Shown: positions 16,451 to 26,614, counted from the stretch's first letter. The stretch: 64,000 nucleotides of DNA from an uncultured Chitinophagaceae bacterium (GCA_964502525.1 CAZCXH010000004.1:45-64044), one strand, 5' to 3'. The notes: a model not told the origin generated them from the letters alone. Translations and numbers: made by a program.

Positions 16451-16502
16451 TAATTAAATAAATAATTAATTTATATGTTAATTAATGCAATACAACAACC
16501 TC

Positions 16503-19500
16503 CTACCGCAGCAGCGTAACGCTTCCCTTGAACTGCTTTCTCTCCCCATTCAGAAAAACGCCTTCCACCCAATAAACATACACGCCCGGATTCTGCATCT
16601 CTCCCCCGTCCGTTCCATCCCAAAATTCTCCAATGGTACGGGTTTCAAACAGTTTCTCTCCCCAGCGGTTGAAAATGATGCAGGTGATCTCCGAAAGCGA
16701 TGAGGTGAAGAAAATTTCAAATTCATCATTTATGCCGTCTCCATCAGGGGAGAATGCGTTTGGCGCGTGGATGCTGTTGTTGTAATCCAGGTCAATGAAA
16801 GCCCTTGCCGTTGCCGCGCAATTTCCACCCTGCACGGTGATGCTCACCGTAATCCAAACCGGCTCAGTGGGAACTATGGTCGGTTCAGCGCAGGGAGCAA
16901 TGCACCATAACGGCAGGCTGGATGGTTCCCATGCATAAGAAGGCGAGACGTATGCAGGTGAATGAACCGCGCGAAGCGTGACGCTGTCGCCATAAGTGAC
17001 AGTGGTATCCGCAGGGATAATCACAACGGTCAGAGGCGGAGGCTCGTTCAGCATGACCGTGGCGGATGCGGTGCAGCCATTGCCATCGGTTGCGGTAACG
17101 GTATAAATGCCTGCGCTTGCCCCGGTCATTTCAGCGTCATTGGACGGAGGGCTGTTATTCCATAAATAAGATACCGCACCGGTTCCTCCGTTTGCGCTTG
17201 CCAACGCAAACCCGGAGCTTTCCCCATGGCAAAGCGGATTGGCGTAAGTGTCAATAACCGCGACCAGCAATACCGGTTCCGTCACAACTGGGCTGACGGT
17301 TGCCGTGCAACTGTTTGCGTCCGTCACCGTCACATCATAGCTGCCTGCCGGAAGGTTCACTGCGCTTGAGGTGATTTGGTTGTCCGCACCGCCATCCCAT
17401 TGATATGAGTATGAAGGGGTGCCGCCATACGCTGTAACCGATGCTATGCCATTGCTGTCGCCATTGCAAACCACAGGAGTTGCGATTGCTGAAAGATTCA
17501 TCTGAGACGGCTCGATAACGGAGTATGAACCGCTGACGGAACAGTTATTATTATCGGTAACAACAACGGTGTAACTTCCGGCACTGAGCGAATCAATATA
17601 TGGCGTCATCCGGTTATTCGTCCATGAGTAACTGTAATCCGGAGTTCCGCCTGTTACACTCAGATCAGCGTACCCGGTGTTTTCTCCATTGCAACCGACA
17701 TTGCCGATAACAGCGGTTAATTCTAACTGCGGAGGCTCGCTTATCAGCGCGGTGTCGAAAGCAAGGCATCTGTTGGAATCGGTAACGGTTACGTAGTAAG
17801 TTCCTTCGGAAAGATTTCGCGCTGTGTCATTTGTAATGGAATTGCTCCACTGATAGGTGAACGGACCATTCATCCCTGTTGCCATGGCAATAGCTATGCC
17901 GTCATTTCCGCCAAAGCAGTTGACGCTTCCGGTTGTTATTGAAGTGGCGATGGGAGGAGGCGTATTGATGACGAGCCTGATGGTGTCTGTGCAGCCGTTC
18001 GCATCGCGCACCACCGGCTGATAATTCCCTCCCGGAACATTCGTGAATGAAGATATTGATTGAAACTGATTGCCAATTGAAAACTGATAAGACTGCGTTC
18101 CTCCCGATGCCGAAAGATGAATTTCCCCGTCAGCGCTCGTAAAGCATTTCGCGTCTTCTGAATAGCCGGTCAATACCAGCGAGTCGGGTTCATTAACAAC
18201 GTATCCGGATGTTGCGGTGCAGTTATTCGCATCAATAACGGTCACGATGTATGCGCCTGCAACCACGGCATTCAAATCTTCAGTAATCGCGGAATTTGAC
18301 CATTGGTAGCGATAGGGCGTCACGCCACCGCTGACATCAATGTTCACGGTTCCTGTATTTCCGCCATTGCACAGCACATGCGTTGACGCACCGGTTATGG
18401 CAAGCGCGGTTGGTTCGGTGATGGCATAGGAAGCCGTTGCATTGCAAGCGTTCATATCAACAGCAATGACATCATAGTTTCCGGCTGTTAATCCGGTTAT
18501 ATCTTCCGTGCTTGCGTTGTTTGACCAGATGAATTGAAATGGCGCTGTTCCTCCGTTCACAGTGAGATAGATGGCACCGTCATTCCCCTGCGCGCAGCTC
18601 ACATGTGTCAATGCTCCGGTGAGTTCGACTGAATCCGGTTGCGTCAATGTGAACGAGGCTGTGGCTATGCAGTTGTTGAAATCGGTTGTCGTCACCGAGA
18701 ATGTGCCGGCTGCAACGCCTGAAATATCTTCGGTTGATGCGTTATTCGACCACGAGTAAGCGAATGGATTGACTCCTCCCGAAGCAGTGAGATCAATTGC
18801 GCCAGAATAATCTTTGAAGCAGAGCAGATTGGTAGTGATTCCACTGAGCACGATAGCCGGAGGTTCGGCAACTGCAAAGGCTGAAGTATCTGAACACTGA
18901 TTTGCATCAAAAACAGTTACCATATAACTGGCGGCTGAGATTCCAATCAGATCTTCGGATACTTCAGCATTTGTCCAGCGATAGGCATACGGCACTGTTC
19001 CTCCGCTGACGGAAAGATTAATCTCTCCTGAGCTATCTCCATTGCATATAACATCAATCACGTTTCCATTGACAACAAGCGGTGATGGCTCGTTGATTGT
19101 TGCTGAAGATGAGGCAGTGCAGAAATTGGAATCAATTACCACCACGCTGTAAGCGCCTGCGGCTAAACCTGAGATATCTTCCGTTGCCGCATTGTTCGAC
19201 CAGGTGAACCGGAATGGCTGTGTGCCGCTGATAATGGTGAGGTCAATGGCTCCGTCATTTCCACCCGCGCAGTTCACATCGGTTTTTACCAGAGTCAAAA
19301 CAATGGAATCGGGCTGTGTTAATGTGAAGGAAGCAGTGGCGGAACAGGAATTGAAATCTGTGGCTGTAACCGAGTAGATACCCGCAGCAACACCTGAAAT
19401 ATCTTCGGTGACCGCATTGTTTGACCACAGAAGTGAAAACGGCTGAACTCCTCCTGAGACAGTGAGGTCAACAGCGCCCGTATTGGCTGTGTTGCAGGCG

Positions 19501-22500
19501 ACATGCGTGATGATGCCGCTTAGCATGATTGCCGGAGGTTCTGCAACCGGGAAGGTCGAAGAAACCGTGCATTGGTTGGAATCTGTGATGATAACGGAGT
19601 AGCTTCCCGCAGTTACCAATGATAAATCTTCTGATACCGCTGAGTTGGACCATTGAAAATTATAAGGAGTGGCGCCTCCTGCAACCGTAATGTCAACATC
19701 GCCCGTGTTTTCTCCGTTGCATAAAACATCAGTGATAATCCCGTTAACAGCAAGCGCAGCGGGTTCGGTGATAGTGACCGATAAAGCCGTTGTACATAAA
19801 TTCGAGTCAATAACAACCACGTCATAAACATTCGCGCTCAATCCCGTGATGTCTTCTGTTGTTTCATTGTTCGACCAATTAAATTGATAGGGATTAACTC
19901 CTCCGCTGACCGAAAGATCAATAGCTCCGTCATTTCCACCGTTGCAGGCAATATCAGTTGTTGCCGTTGACAACGCGATTGCGTCCGGTTCGTCAAGCAT
20001 AAACGATTTTATCCCGGAACACAAATTCGAATCGGTGGCAATAACCGAGTAAGTTCCTGATGCAACGCCTGAAATATCCTCGGTAATTGCATTATTTGAC
20101 CACAGAAATGAAAATGGTTGAACTCCCCCTGAAGCGGTTAAATCAATGGTTCCGGAATTATCACCATTGCAAAGAAGATTGGCGACAATCCCGTCAAGTG
20201 CGATGGCGGATGGCTGGCCAACAACAAACGCAAGCGTATCCGGACAAAGATTTGCATCCAAAACAGTCACCATATAATTTCCGGCAGCAATGCCATTAAG
20301 ATCTTCGACAATGGCTGTGTTTGACCATTGGTAACTATAGGGTCCGACTCCTCCAACTGCCGCAAGGTCAATAGCTCCGGTACTCTCACCGTTGCACGAC
20401 ACATCCGTAACAATTCCGCTCACCGCGAGAACCGAAGGCTCGGAAATGGTTGCTGAGGCTGATGCAATGCACAAATTGGAATCCATAACAATCACGTCAT
20501 AGGTATTGGCGGTCAATCCGGCAAGGTCTTCCGTGTAGGTATTGTTCGACCAGTTGAACCGGTAGGGGATGATTCCTCCGCTGACCGAAAGATCAATGGC
20601 TCCGTCATTTCCACCGTTGCAACTCACGTCTGTTTTCACAGAAGTTAAGACAATTGAATCAGGTTGAGAGAGAGAGAATGATGCTGTCGCGCTGCATAAA
20701 TTTGAATCTGCAGCCGCAACCGTATAGATTCCCGCGGCAACGCCTGAAATATCCTCGGTAATTGCATTATTTGACCACAGAAATGAAAATGGTTGAACTC
20801 CCCCTGAAGCGGTTAAATCAATGGTTCCGGAATTATCACCATTGCAAAGAAGATTGGCGACAATCCCGTCAAGTGCGATGGCGGATGGCTGGCCAACAAC
20901 AAACGCAAGCGTATCCGGACAAAGATTTGCATCCAAAACAGTCACCATATAATTCCCGGCAGAAATGCCAGCCAGGTCCTCAACATCGGATGTATTCGAC
21001 CATTGATAGCCGTAAGGCGCGACTCCACCGTTAACCGTCAAATTAATCGCACCGGTGCTTTCACCGTTGCACGAAACATCGGTCACAATGCCATTCGCTA
21101 TCAGCGCGCCCGGTTCAGCGATTGCTATCGAAGAGGACGCGGAGCATAAATTCGAATCAGTTACAATCACATCATAAACATTGGCAGATAACCCTGTAAT
21201 ATCTTCCGTTGCCGCATTGTTCGACCAGTTGAATTGATAAGGAAAAACTCCACCGCTTGCCGCGAGATCAATAGCTCCGTCATTTCCTGCGTTGCAACTC
21301 ACATCCGTTTTGACAGAGGTTAAAACAATTGAATCCGGTTCTGTGAGCGCAAAAGTCATTGATGCGGTGCATGAATGTGAGTCGGTGGCAATCACCGAAT
21401 AGGTTCCCGCAGCCGCTCCCGAAATATCTTCGGTAACAGCATTGTTCGACCATAAAAACGAATAAGGCAAAACTCCACCGGCAAGCGTTATGTCAATCAT
21501 ACCGGAGCTGCCGCCATTGCATAAAAGGTCAGTGGCGTTTCCGTTCAGAACGAGCGCTGAAGGTTCCAAAACAATGACGGTTAACGAATCGGGACATTGG
21601 TTCATATCAAGAACATTTACAGCATATGTTCCTGCAGGTACACCGGTCAGGTCTTCGGCAACTGCGCCATTTGACCATGAGTAGCTGAACGGGCCGGTGC
21701 CGCCATTAACCGTCAAATTCACCGAGCCGTCAGACGCGCCATTGCATTTTGCGTTAATGACCATTGCGCTTAACGTAATGCCCGGGCTCGACATCACAAA
21801 AAATGAATCCGTTGCAACACAACCGTTCAAATCCGTAACCGTCAGCAAATAATTTCCTCCGGCAAGATTGGCAATATCTTCCGTGACGGACGCGTCCGAC
21901 CAAATGAATGTGTAGGGCGCGGTTCCGCCTGTGATGGAAACATACACAGCGCCATCATCGCTGAAAGAGCAGGACGAGTTGACTATTGAATCAAGCTCAA
22001 TCATGAGCGGTGCGGGTTCAATAATGCTTGCGCTTTGCGTAGTGACGCAGTTGCTGTCATCCCGCAAGGAAACTGAATAAGAACCGGGACTGAGACCGGA
22101 AAAAATATTGGAAGATTGAAAATTTATTCCATCAATGGAATACTCGTACGGAGCAACTCCGCCAGTCGCGGCAATGTCCATTCCTCCATCCTGCGCTCCG
22201 CTGCAGCTAACATGCGTGACGGAAATATTTTCCGTTAGTGCGGAAGGCTCACCGATAACAAAGCTGACTGTATTCACGCACTGCCCGGCATCGGACTGCT
22301 CAATGGTGTAATCGCCACCCGGCAGTAAACTCAGCGTGTCGAAATCATTTACCGCGGTGCTGGTTTTTAAAATATTCCCCAGGCTGTCGCGCCAAACGAA
22401 ATCAAATGGTGCGGTTCCCTGTCCTTCCGCAATAACCCAGCCGTCAGCAGCGCCATTGCAGGATGCCCCTTTCATTTGCAGCAGCGGTTCAGGACAATCA

Positions 22501-23927
22501 GTGTATGTTGCAAAAAATTCAAAAACCGGGTCGGCAGCGCAGGCAAAGCTGGTCCACGAGCCTGTTTCACCGTCACCGAAAGTATTGACTGAAACATTCA
22601 AATTATTTCCATTGGTGCACCGGGCTACCGTAATATCCCAGCAGAAGACGAAATTCACCACGCCCGTGCAGTTGTCCCCGTAATTATCTCCCGGATCATT
22701 GGGGTCGCAAATACCGGCACACCCTAATATTGACTCATAGAAAAATCCGGGACCTGCAGTAGTTCCCGTGACGCTGCTTGTCACGGAGTTATACCATTTC
22801 CACGACCCGTTGAAGTCGCAGGTGGGCGGGGGATAGGTGACCAGCGTGGACATGTCCCAGCACTGACCAAAATCAGGTACGATGCCATGCAGCCAGTTGG
22901 ATGATGTCGGGTTCCACCGGGTTACCGTGAGGCAAAAGTGAACGGTGGTTCCCGCCTGGTAAACACCGCCAGAAGGCAGCGGTGACGCGGTTAACAAAGC
23001 GTTGATCACGCAGGGGTCGCAGTCATTTCTTCCCGTGATGGTCAACGTGAAGTCGCCTTTCTCCGTTGTGTCGCCTCCTGAAATCTGGAGGTAATATGTT
23101 TGACCGCGCGTGATAGGCTGAAAAGAAGCCTGTAAATTTCCAAACGCTCCCACGGCACAACCTCTGCCGATGAAAGTATTGCAGTCTGTTCCTTCGTAAA
23201 GCCCGATGTTGGGATTATATAATCCTGAGATGCTGATGTCAATGATGTTCGATGAGGCAACGAAGGTGTACCACACGTCAGCGGCAGGCGCTGCCATGTT
23301 GCTGCCTGCGGGCTGGCAGCCGGTAAGGTAGCGGTAAGGTGTTGATGCTGTTGCTCCCGTGTTGCTGAGGCAAAAGACATTGGTTGCCGTACCGGTGAAG
23401 GGACAGTTGGGGGGAGCCGAAAGGGTTCCGAGGTGGCAGGCATTCGGGCAGATATCGGGAGGAGTTGATGCGCAGAAAGGCGTTGTGCCTGTGCAGGGCG
23501 GAGGAGGCGGACAAGATACGCAGGCAATATTTGCCGACCATCCGGGATTGGATATGGAAAAATCGGAATCGAAAATGAAAGTCAGGCAACCGTTAGTGGC
23601 GGTCACCGTGCCGGGCGAATTGGTGCCGGAATAGGTGCCAATGATGGGATAAGCCGAAGACGCTCCATCATAGATCGTCAGATCATCGAAGGTGCTTTCA
23701 AGATCGAAAGATGTGAATGTGATGGAGAGGCACTTGCCTGCTGCGGTCGGGCAGAACGTGGTGGCAATATTTTCACCATCCGCATAGTTTCTCGAAGGTC
23801 CTCCGGAATCGTAGAAATATCCTGAGCATGCGGCAATGACGCCTCCGGGATTATTGTAGTTCTGCGCGTGAAGGATGCAGGTGGCAGCGCTTATAATCAA
23901 AAAAATTCCTGCAAGCCGTTTCATCAT
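16503..23927 (-). CDS. giant T9SS-secreted surface protein: CUB-like N-domain, >20 SprB-type repeats, type B (CHU_C) sorting domain
   Basis: Signal peptide MMKRLAGIFLIISAATCILHAQ. The N-terminus (CSGYFYDSGG..TFTSFDLES.FDDLTIYDG..) is CUB-like. ~75-aa repeats (C.G..DG.I.L...GG..P+.+.WSN.A.TEDI.GL.AG.Y.V.V.D.N.C) match the SprB repeat. The C-terminus (PNAFSPDGDGINDEF..IFNRWGEKLFE..WDGT..GVYVYWVEG..KGSVTLLR) matches the TIGR04131 pattern. Confidence 0.9.
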   Translation of the reverse strand: MMKRLAGIFLIISAATCILHAQNYNNPGGVIAACSGYFYDSGGPSRNYADGENIATTFCPTAAGKCLSITFTSFDLESTFDDLTIYDGASSAYPIIGTYSGTNSPGTVTATNGCLTFIFDSDFSISNPGWSANIACVSCPPPPPCTGTTPFCASTPPDICPNACHLGTLSAPPNCPFTGTATNVFCLSNTGATASTPYRYLTGCQPAGSNMAAPAADVWYTFVASSNIIDISISGLYNPNIGLYEGTDCNTFIGRGCAVGAFGNLQASFQPITRGQTYYLQISGGDTTEKGDFTLTITGRNDCDPCVINALLTASPLPSGGVYQAGTTVHFCLTVTRWNPTSSNWLHGIVPDFGQCWDMSTLVTYPPPTCDFNGSWKWYNSVTSSVTGTTAGPGFFYESILGCAGICDPNDPGDNYGDNCTGVVNFVFCWDITVARCTNGNNLNVSVNTFGDGETGSWTSFACAADPVFEFFATYTDCPEPLLQMKGASCNGAADGWVIAEGQGTAPFDFVWRDSLGNILKTSTAVNDFDTLSLLPGGDYTIEQSDAGQCVNTVSFVIGEPSALTENISVTHVSCSGAQDGGMDIAATGGVAPYEYSIDGINFQSSNIFSGLSPGSYSVSLRDDSNCVTTQSASIIEPAPLMIELDSIVNSSCSFSDDGAVYVSITGGTAPYTFIWSDASVTEDIANLAGGNYLLTVTDLNGCVATDSFFVMSSPGITLSAMVINAKCNGASDGSVNLTVNGGTGPFSYSWSNGAVAEDLTGVPAGTYAVNVLDMNQCPDSLTVIVLEPSALVLNGNATDLLCNGGSSGMIDITLAGGVLPYSFLWSNNAVTEDISGAAAGTYSVIATDSHSCTASMTFALTEPDSIVLTSVKTDVSCNAGNDGAIDLAASGGVFPYQFNWSNNAATEDITGLSANVYDVIVTDSNLCSASSSIAIAEPGALIANGIVTDVSCNGESTGAINLTVNGGVAPYGYQWSNTSDVEDLAGISAGNYMVTVLDANLCPDTLAFVVGQPSAIALDGIVANLLCNGDNSGTIDLTASGGVQPFSFLWSNNAITEDISGVAAGIYTVAAADSNLCSATASFSLSQPDSIVLTSVKTDVSCNGGNDGAIDLSVSGGIIPYRFNWSNNTYTEDLAGLTANTYDVIVMDSNLCIASASATISEPSVLAVSGIVTDVSCNGESTGAIDLAAVGGVGPYSYQWSNTAIVEDLNGIAAGNYMVTVLDANLCPDTLAFVVGQPSAIALDGIVANLLCNGDNSGTIDLTASGGVQPFSFLWSNNAITEDISGVASGTYSVIATDSNLCSGIKSFMLDEPDAIALSTATTDIACNGGNDGAIDLSVSGGVNPYQFNWSNNETTEDITGLSANVYDVVVIDSNLCTTALSVTITEPAALAVNGIITDVLCNGENTGDVDITVAGGATPYNFQWSNSAVSEDLSLVTAGSYSVIITDSNQCTVSSTFPVAEPPAIMLSGIITHVACNTANTGAVDLTVSGGVQPFSLLWSNNAVTEDISGVAAGIYSVTATDFNSCSATASFTLTQPDSIVLTLVKTDVNCAGGNDGAIDLTIISGTQPFRFTWSNNAATEDISGLAAGAYSVVVIDSNFCTASSSATINEPSPLVVNGNVIDVICNGDSSGEINLSVSGGTVPYAYRWTNAEVSEDLIGISAASYMVTVFDANQCSDTSAFAVAEPPAIVLSGITTNLLCFKDYSGAIDLTASGGVNPFAYSWSNNASTEDISGVAAGTFSVTTTDFNNCIATASFTLTQPDSVELTGALTHVSCAQGNDGAIYLTVNGGTAPFQFIWSNNASTEDITGLTAGNYDVIAVDMNACNATASYAITEPTALAITGASTHVLCNGGNTGTVNIDVSGGVTPYRYQWSNSAITEDLNAVVAGAYIVTVIDANNCTATSGYVVNEPDSLVLTGYSEDAKCFTSADGEIHLSASGGTQSYQFSIGNQFQSISSFTNVPGGNYQPVVRDANGCTDTIRLVINTPPPIATSITTGSVNCFGGNDGIAIAMATGMNGPFTYQWSNSITNDTARNLSEGTYYVTVTDSNRCLAFDTALISEPPQLELTAVIGNVGCNGENTGYADLSVTGGTPDYSYSWTNNRMTPYIDSLSAGSYTVVVTDNNNCSVSGSYSVIEPSQMNLSAIATPVVCNGDSNGIASVTAYGGTPSYSYQWDGGADNQITSSAVNLPAGSYDVTVTDANSCTATVSPVVTEPVLLVAVIDTYANPLCHGESSGFALASANGGTGAVSYLWNNSPPSNDAEMTGASAGIYTVTATDGNGCTASATVMLNEPPPLTVVIIPADTTVTYGDSVTLRAVHSPAYVSPSYAWEPSSLPLWCIAPCAEPTIVPTEPVWITVSITVQGGNCAATARAFIDLDYNNSIHAPNAFSPDGDGINDEFEIFFTSSLSEITCIIFNRWGEKLFETRTIGEFWDGTDGGEMQNPGVYVYWVEGVFLNGERKQFKGSVTLLR
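20062..20279. repeat. 218-bp exact internal repeat, copy 1 (inside the SprB-repeat gene)
   Basis: Identical to 20737-20954 (offset 675 bp = 3 SprB repeats). Flanking repeats are only ~70-80% similar. The antisense ORFs 20087.. and 20762.. share an identical 64-aa prefix. Confidence 0.85.
20737..20954. repeat. 218-bp exact internal repeat, copy 2
   Basis: See 20062-20279. Confidence 0.85.
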
Positions 23928-24289
23928 TTTTAACGCAAGCCAATGGTTTCGGGAGTTTGCGGCCCTGAATATCGGGAATCTTAAGGAAATTTAGAAAATA
24001 TTTCCAAACCGCTGTTCTCTTTCTTCAGACCGGGCGCACGACAAATTTTTTCGCTTCGCTCTGGAAGCCAGAATCGCAAGCGCAAAATGGAAAGCATTTA
24101 CTTAGCTATCGAGCAAATAAAAGCGGAGCAAAAGACGCATCCGAAATTATTTGCACATTGGCGGGCAGGCGATACGATTTAAGACTAACAAGAGCCCCGA
24201 TATGATCGGAGGAGACTGTACGCACCGTTCTGTGAGAAGGCGGGGGTGAAACTCCCCCGATCTACTCGACCTCTCTATTCCGAAACAGA

Positions 24290-24364
24290 TTGATAATCAC
24301 TGAGATTTAAAGGCGTGTTGCCCTGGACAGGGGTGAGGCTGGTCAGGACAATCGCCTAATTTCG
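24290..24364 (+). promoter_or_regulatory. ~75-nt promoter-proximal repeat element, copy B (ends in the -7-like box TAATTTCG)
   Basis: TTGATAATCActgaGATTTAAAgGCGTGTTGCCCT, then ~33 nt, then AATCGCCTAATTTCG, 22 nt before the ATG at 24386. Homologous to 12426-12499. Confidence 0.45.
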
Positions 24365-24385
24365 CCACATTATTAAATCATAAAA

Positions 24386-25381
24386 ATGACTCAACCGAAA
24401 ATCGAAACTGCGCTGACGCGGATGCTGGGCATCCGCTACCCGATCATCATGGCGCCCATGTTCCTGGTGTCGAATGCGAAGATGGTGATAGAGGCAAACA
24501 ATGCGGGCATCACAGGAGCCATTCCTGCGCTGAATTACAGGACTGACGCTGATTTCCGCAAGGCGCTGGATGAAATACGCCAGGGGACGAATGGCCCCGC
24601 GGGCATCAATCTCATCGTCAATAAATCGAATATCAAATTAAAGGAGCAACTGCAAACCTGCCTTGATTACAAAGTGGAGTATATCATCACCTCGCTGGGA
24701 AGCCCGCAGATGGTGATTGACGTGTGCAAGCCGAAAGGCATTAAAGTGTTCAGCGATGTGACGGACGAGCGGTTTGCGCTGAAGGTGGAGGCGATGGGCG
24801 CTGACGCCATCATTGCCGTGAATGCCGATGCGGGCGGCCATGCCGGCCCGCTGCCGGCCTCTGTGCTGATTCCGCAACTGGTGAAAGCATGCAAAGTTCC
24901 CATCATATCTGCGGGGGGCGTGGGCAAGGGAGAGCACCTCATCGAAAAGCTGCAGTGGGGATCGTGTGGCGCGAGCATCGGCAGCCCGTTCATCGCATCC
25001 AACGAGGCGGACGTTTCGATGGAATACAAGCAAGCCATCGTTGACTATGGCGCCAAGGACATCGTGATGACCACCAAGATTTCAGGTACGCCCTGCACCG
25101 TCATCAATACGCCCTACGTTCAGCAGATCGGCACGAAGCAAAACTGGTTTGAAGCGCTGCTGAATAACAACCGCACGATAAAGAAATACACCAAGATGCT
25201 CACCTACTACAAGGGCATGAAAGCGCTGGAGAAAGCCGCCTTCAGCGCCACCTACAAGACCGTGTGGTGCGCGGGTCCTTCAATCGAATATGTCCACTCC
25301 ATCCGCCCGGTGAGGGAGATTGTGGAAACGCTCATCCGGGAATATTTTGTGGCGAAGGCGAAGGAGACGGTGGCAGGTTGA
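24386..25381 (+). CDS. nitronate monooxygenase / FabK-like NAD(P)H-dependent flavin oxidoreductase
   Basis: IRYPIIMAPMFLVSNAKMVIEANNAGITGAIPALNY and ..ISAGGVG.. are typical of the NMO (2-nitropropane dioxygenase-like) TIM-barrel family. The gene is GC-rich. Confidence 0.85.
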   Translation: MTQPKIETALTRMLGIRYPIIMAPMFLVSNAKMVIEANNAGITGAIPALNYRTDADFRKALDEIRQGTNGPAGINLIVNKSNIKLKEQLQTCLDYKVEYIITSLGSPQMVIDVCKPKGIKVFSDVTDERFALKVEAMGADAIIAVNADAGGHAGPLPASVLIPQLVKACKVPIISAGGVGKGEHLIEKLQWGSCGASIGSPFIASNEADVSMEYKQAIVDYGAKDIVMTTKISGTPCTVINTPYVQQIGTKQNWFEALLNNNRTIKKYTKMLTYYKGMKALEKAAFSATYKTVWCAGPSIEYVHSIRPVREIVETLIREYFVAKAKETVAG

Positions 25382-26115
25382 GGCTGGATTAAGATTGTAC
25401 CTCAACCCCGCAAATAAATAACTGTCATCGTGTTGAAAGACAAGAGCTGCGCTGATCGCACGACTCCGTAATTTTCACTTATTCAAGTGAAAAATTAATA
25501 AAATAAAAGATTTAAACATAGATAATGGAGAAACACAAACCTTGTCAATCGGGAAAATTCTATTTGCACTCAATTATTTGAGAAAACTTTTTAAAGAGAA
25601 TAAAAAGTTACAGGCTGTACAAATTTCAGACTATATAAAAACACTTACCAGCTGCTCATGTCTCTACTCATATTACTATGGATAAAGCTGTTGCTGTTCA
25701 AATCTTTGAATTTTGAATTGCAAAATTCACGAGGCATTAAACTAAATCTAATAGAAAAGATTAAGGCGAAATTGATGAAGGCGGTTTATATAGAAGCTGT
25801 TAATGCTGAAGAAAATATAATTAGGATATAGAATAATTTTGCTGAAATATATCGCTTTGAAGAATCTATAAACGCCAATGCATTTAGAGGCGAAGGGACT
25901 CTCGAAGATATTTTGCTGCATCATTTGAGAGTTGTGGATAACAGAACAAAATTATCCGCCAACGATAAAAATGACTTTAATAGTCCGGCAAAATCAGGTA
26001 ATAAGGAGGAGGCTATCATGAACTATCTTACCAAGCAGATTGGTGAAAAACAAGATGTTGTAGAATACATTGTAAGCCTTTCGGAAAGTTTTAAAAATTC
26101 GGTTGAGCTAATTAG

Positions 26116-26331
26116 CATTTAAAGTATATCAAGACACTTCCGCTTCACGACACACAGCAAATTTTGGTTGACACCGAAGATGAATTGCAGATAAAGTTAA
26201 AGTTGTGTGTAACCCACGACCTGATTATGGAATTGCTTTCCTTTGGAGACAGCATGAAAGTTTTACAACCGAAATCTTTAGCAGAAAAAATAAAGGCAGC
26301 ACATCAAAAAGCAGCGAGACAATACAAATGA
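26116..26331 (+). pseudogene. C-terminal remnant of a WYL-domain transcriptional regulator
   Basis: 71 codons with no start codon: ..PLHDTQQILVDTEDELQIKLKLCVTHDLIMELLSFGDSMKVLQPKSLAEKIKAAHQKAARQYK*. This matches the usual WYL-regulator C-terminal extension (hpsQ...l.l.v..n.eL...iLsfG..v.VleP..L). The upstream 700 bp is AT-rich and full of stops. Confidence 0.5.
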
Positions 26332-26382
26332 AATAGAAAGCCTCGAAGGATTCAGGGCAGAGCAGAAAAAGGCTTCATCCCC

Positions 26383-26602
26383 AGCCACTCCAGCGCTGCG
26401 CCACTTAATAATTTTTCTTTCACCTGTGAATTGAAGGGCATAGATTCAATCAGTTTTCCCGGTTCGTGCTCGCCCAGCGGAAAAGGATAGTCGCTGCCGA
26501 GGCACACGCGGTCAGCGCCAACCAGATTCACCAAGTAATCGAGCATCTGCGCGTCATGCACCAGGCTGTCGAGCCAGAATTTGCCAAGATAATTTTTAGG
26601 CT
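26383..26602 (-). pseudogene. orphan duplicate of the ACMSD-type amidohydrolase 3' end
   Basis: Encodes PKNYLGKFWLDSLVHDAQMLDYLVNLVGADRVCLGSDYPFPLGEHEPGKLIESMPFNSQVKEKLLSGAALEWLG. This is identical to the C-terminus of 27390-28424 except for one E/K change, at only ~89% nt identity. The stop codon is lost and there is no upstream coding part. Confidence 0.8.
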
Positions 26603-26614
26603 TAATGTCACCGG

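Noticed and set aside
16503-23927. Regular ~225-bp periodicity that could suggest a CRISPR-like or satellite array. The many antisense ORFs in the track (e.g. 23042-23527, 23278-23589, 22336-22683, 20087-20299, 20762-21034) also fall here.
   Set aside because: The periodicity is the 75-aa SprB protein repeat of one continuous 2474-codon ORF. There are no spacer-repeat alternations. The antisense ORFs are shadow frames with low-complexity, Arg/Pro/Ser/His-rich translations.
24190-24270. Idea that the GC-rich hairpin region is a group II intron or other known ncRNA fragment.
   Set aside because: I could not fold a convincing domain V/VI or match any consensus by eye, and no RT ORF is nearby. 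It is kept only as a low-interest finding.
25472-25493. Hairpin TTTTCACTT-ATTC-AAGTGAAAA about 90 nt downstream of the NMO-like gene, considered as a rho-independent terminator.
   Set aside because: The stem is AT-rich, it is followed by an A-rich rather than T-rich tract, and it is distant from the stop codon.
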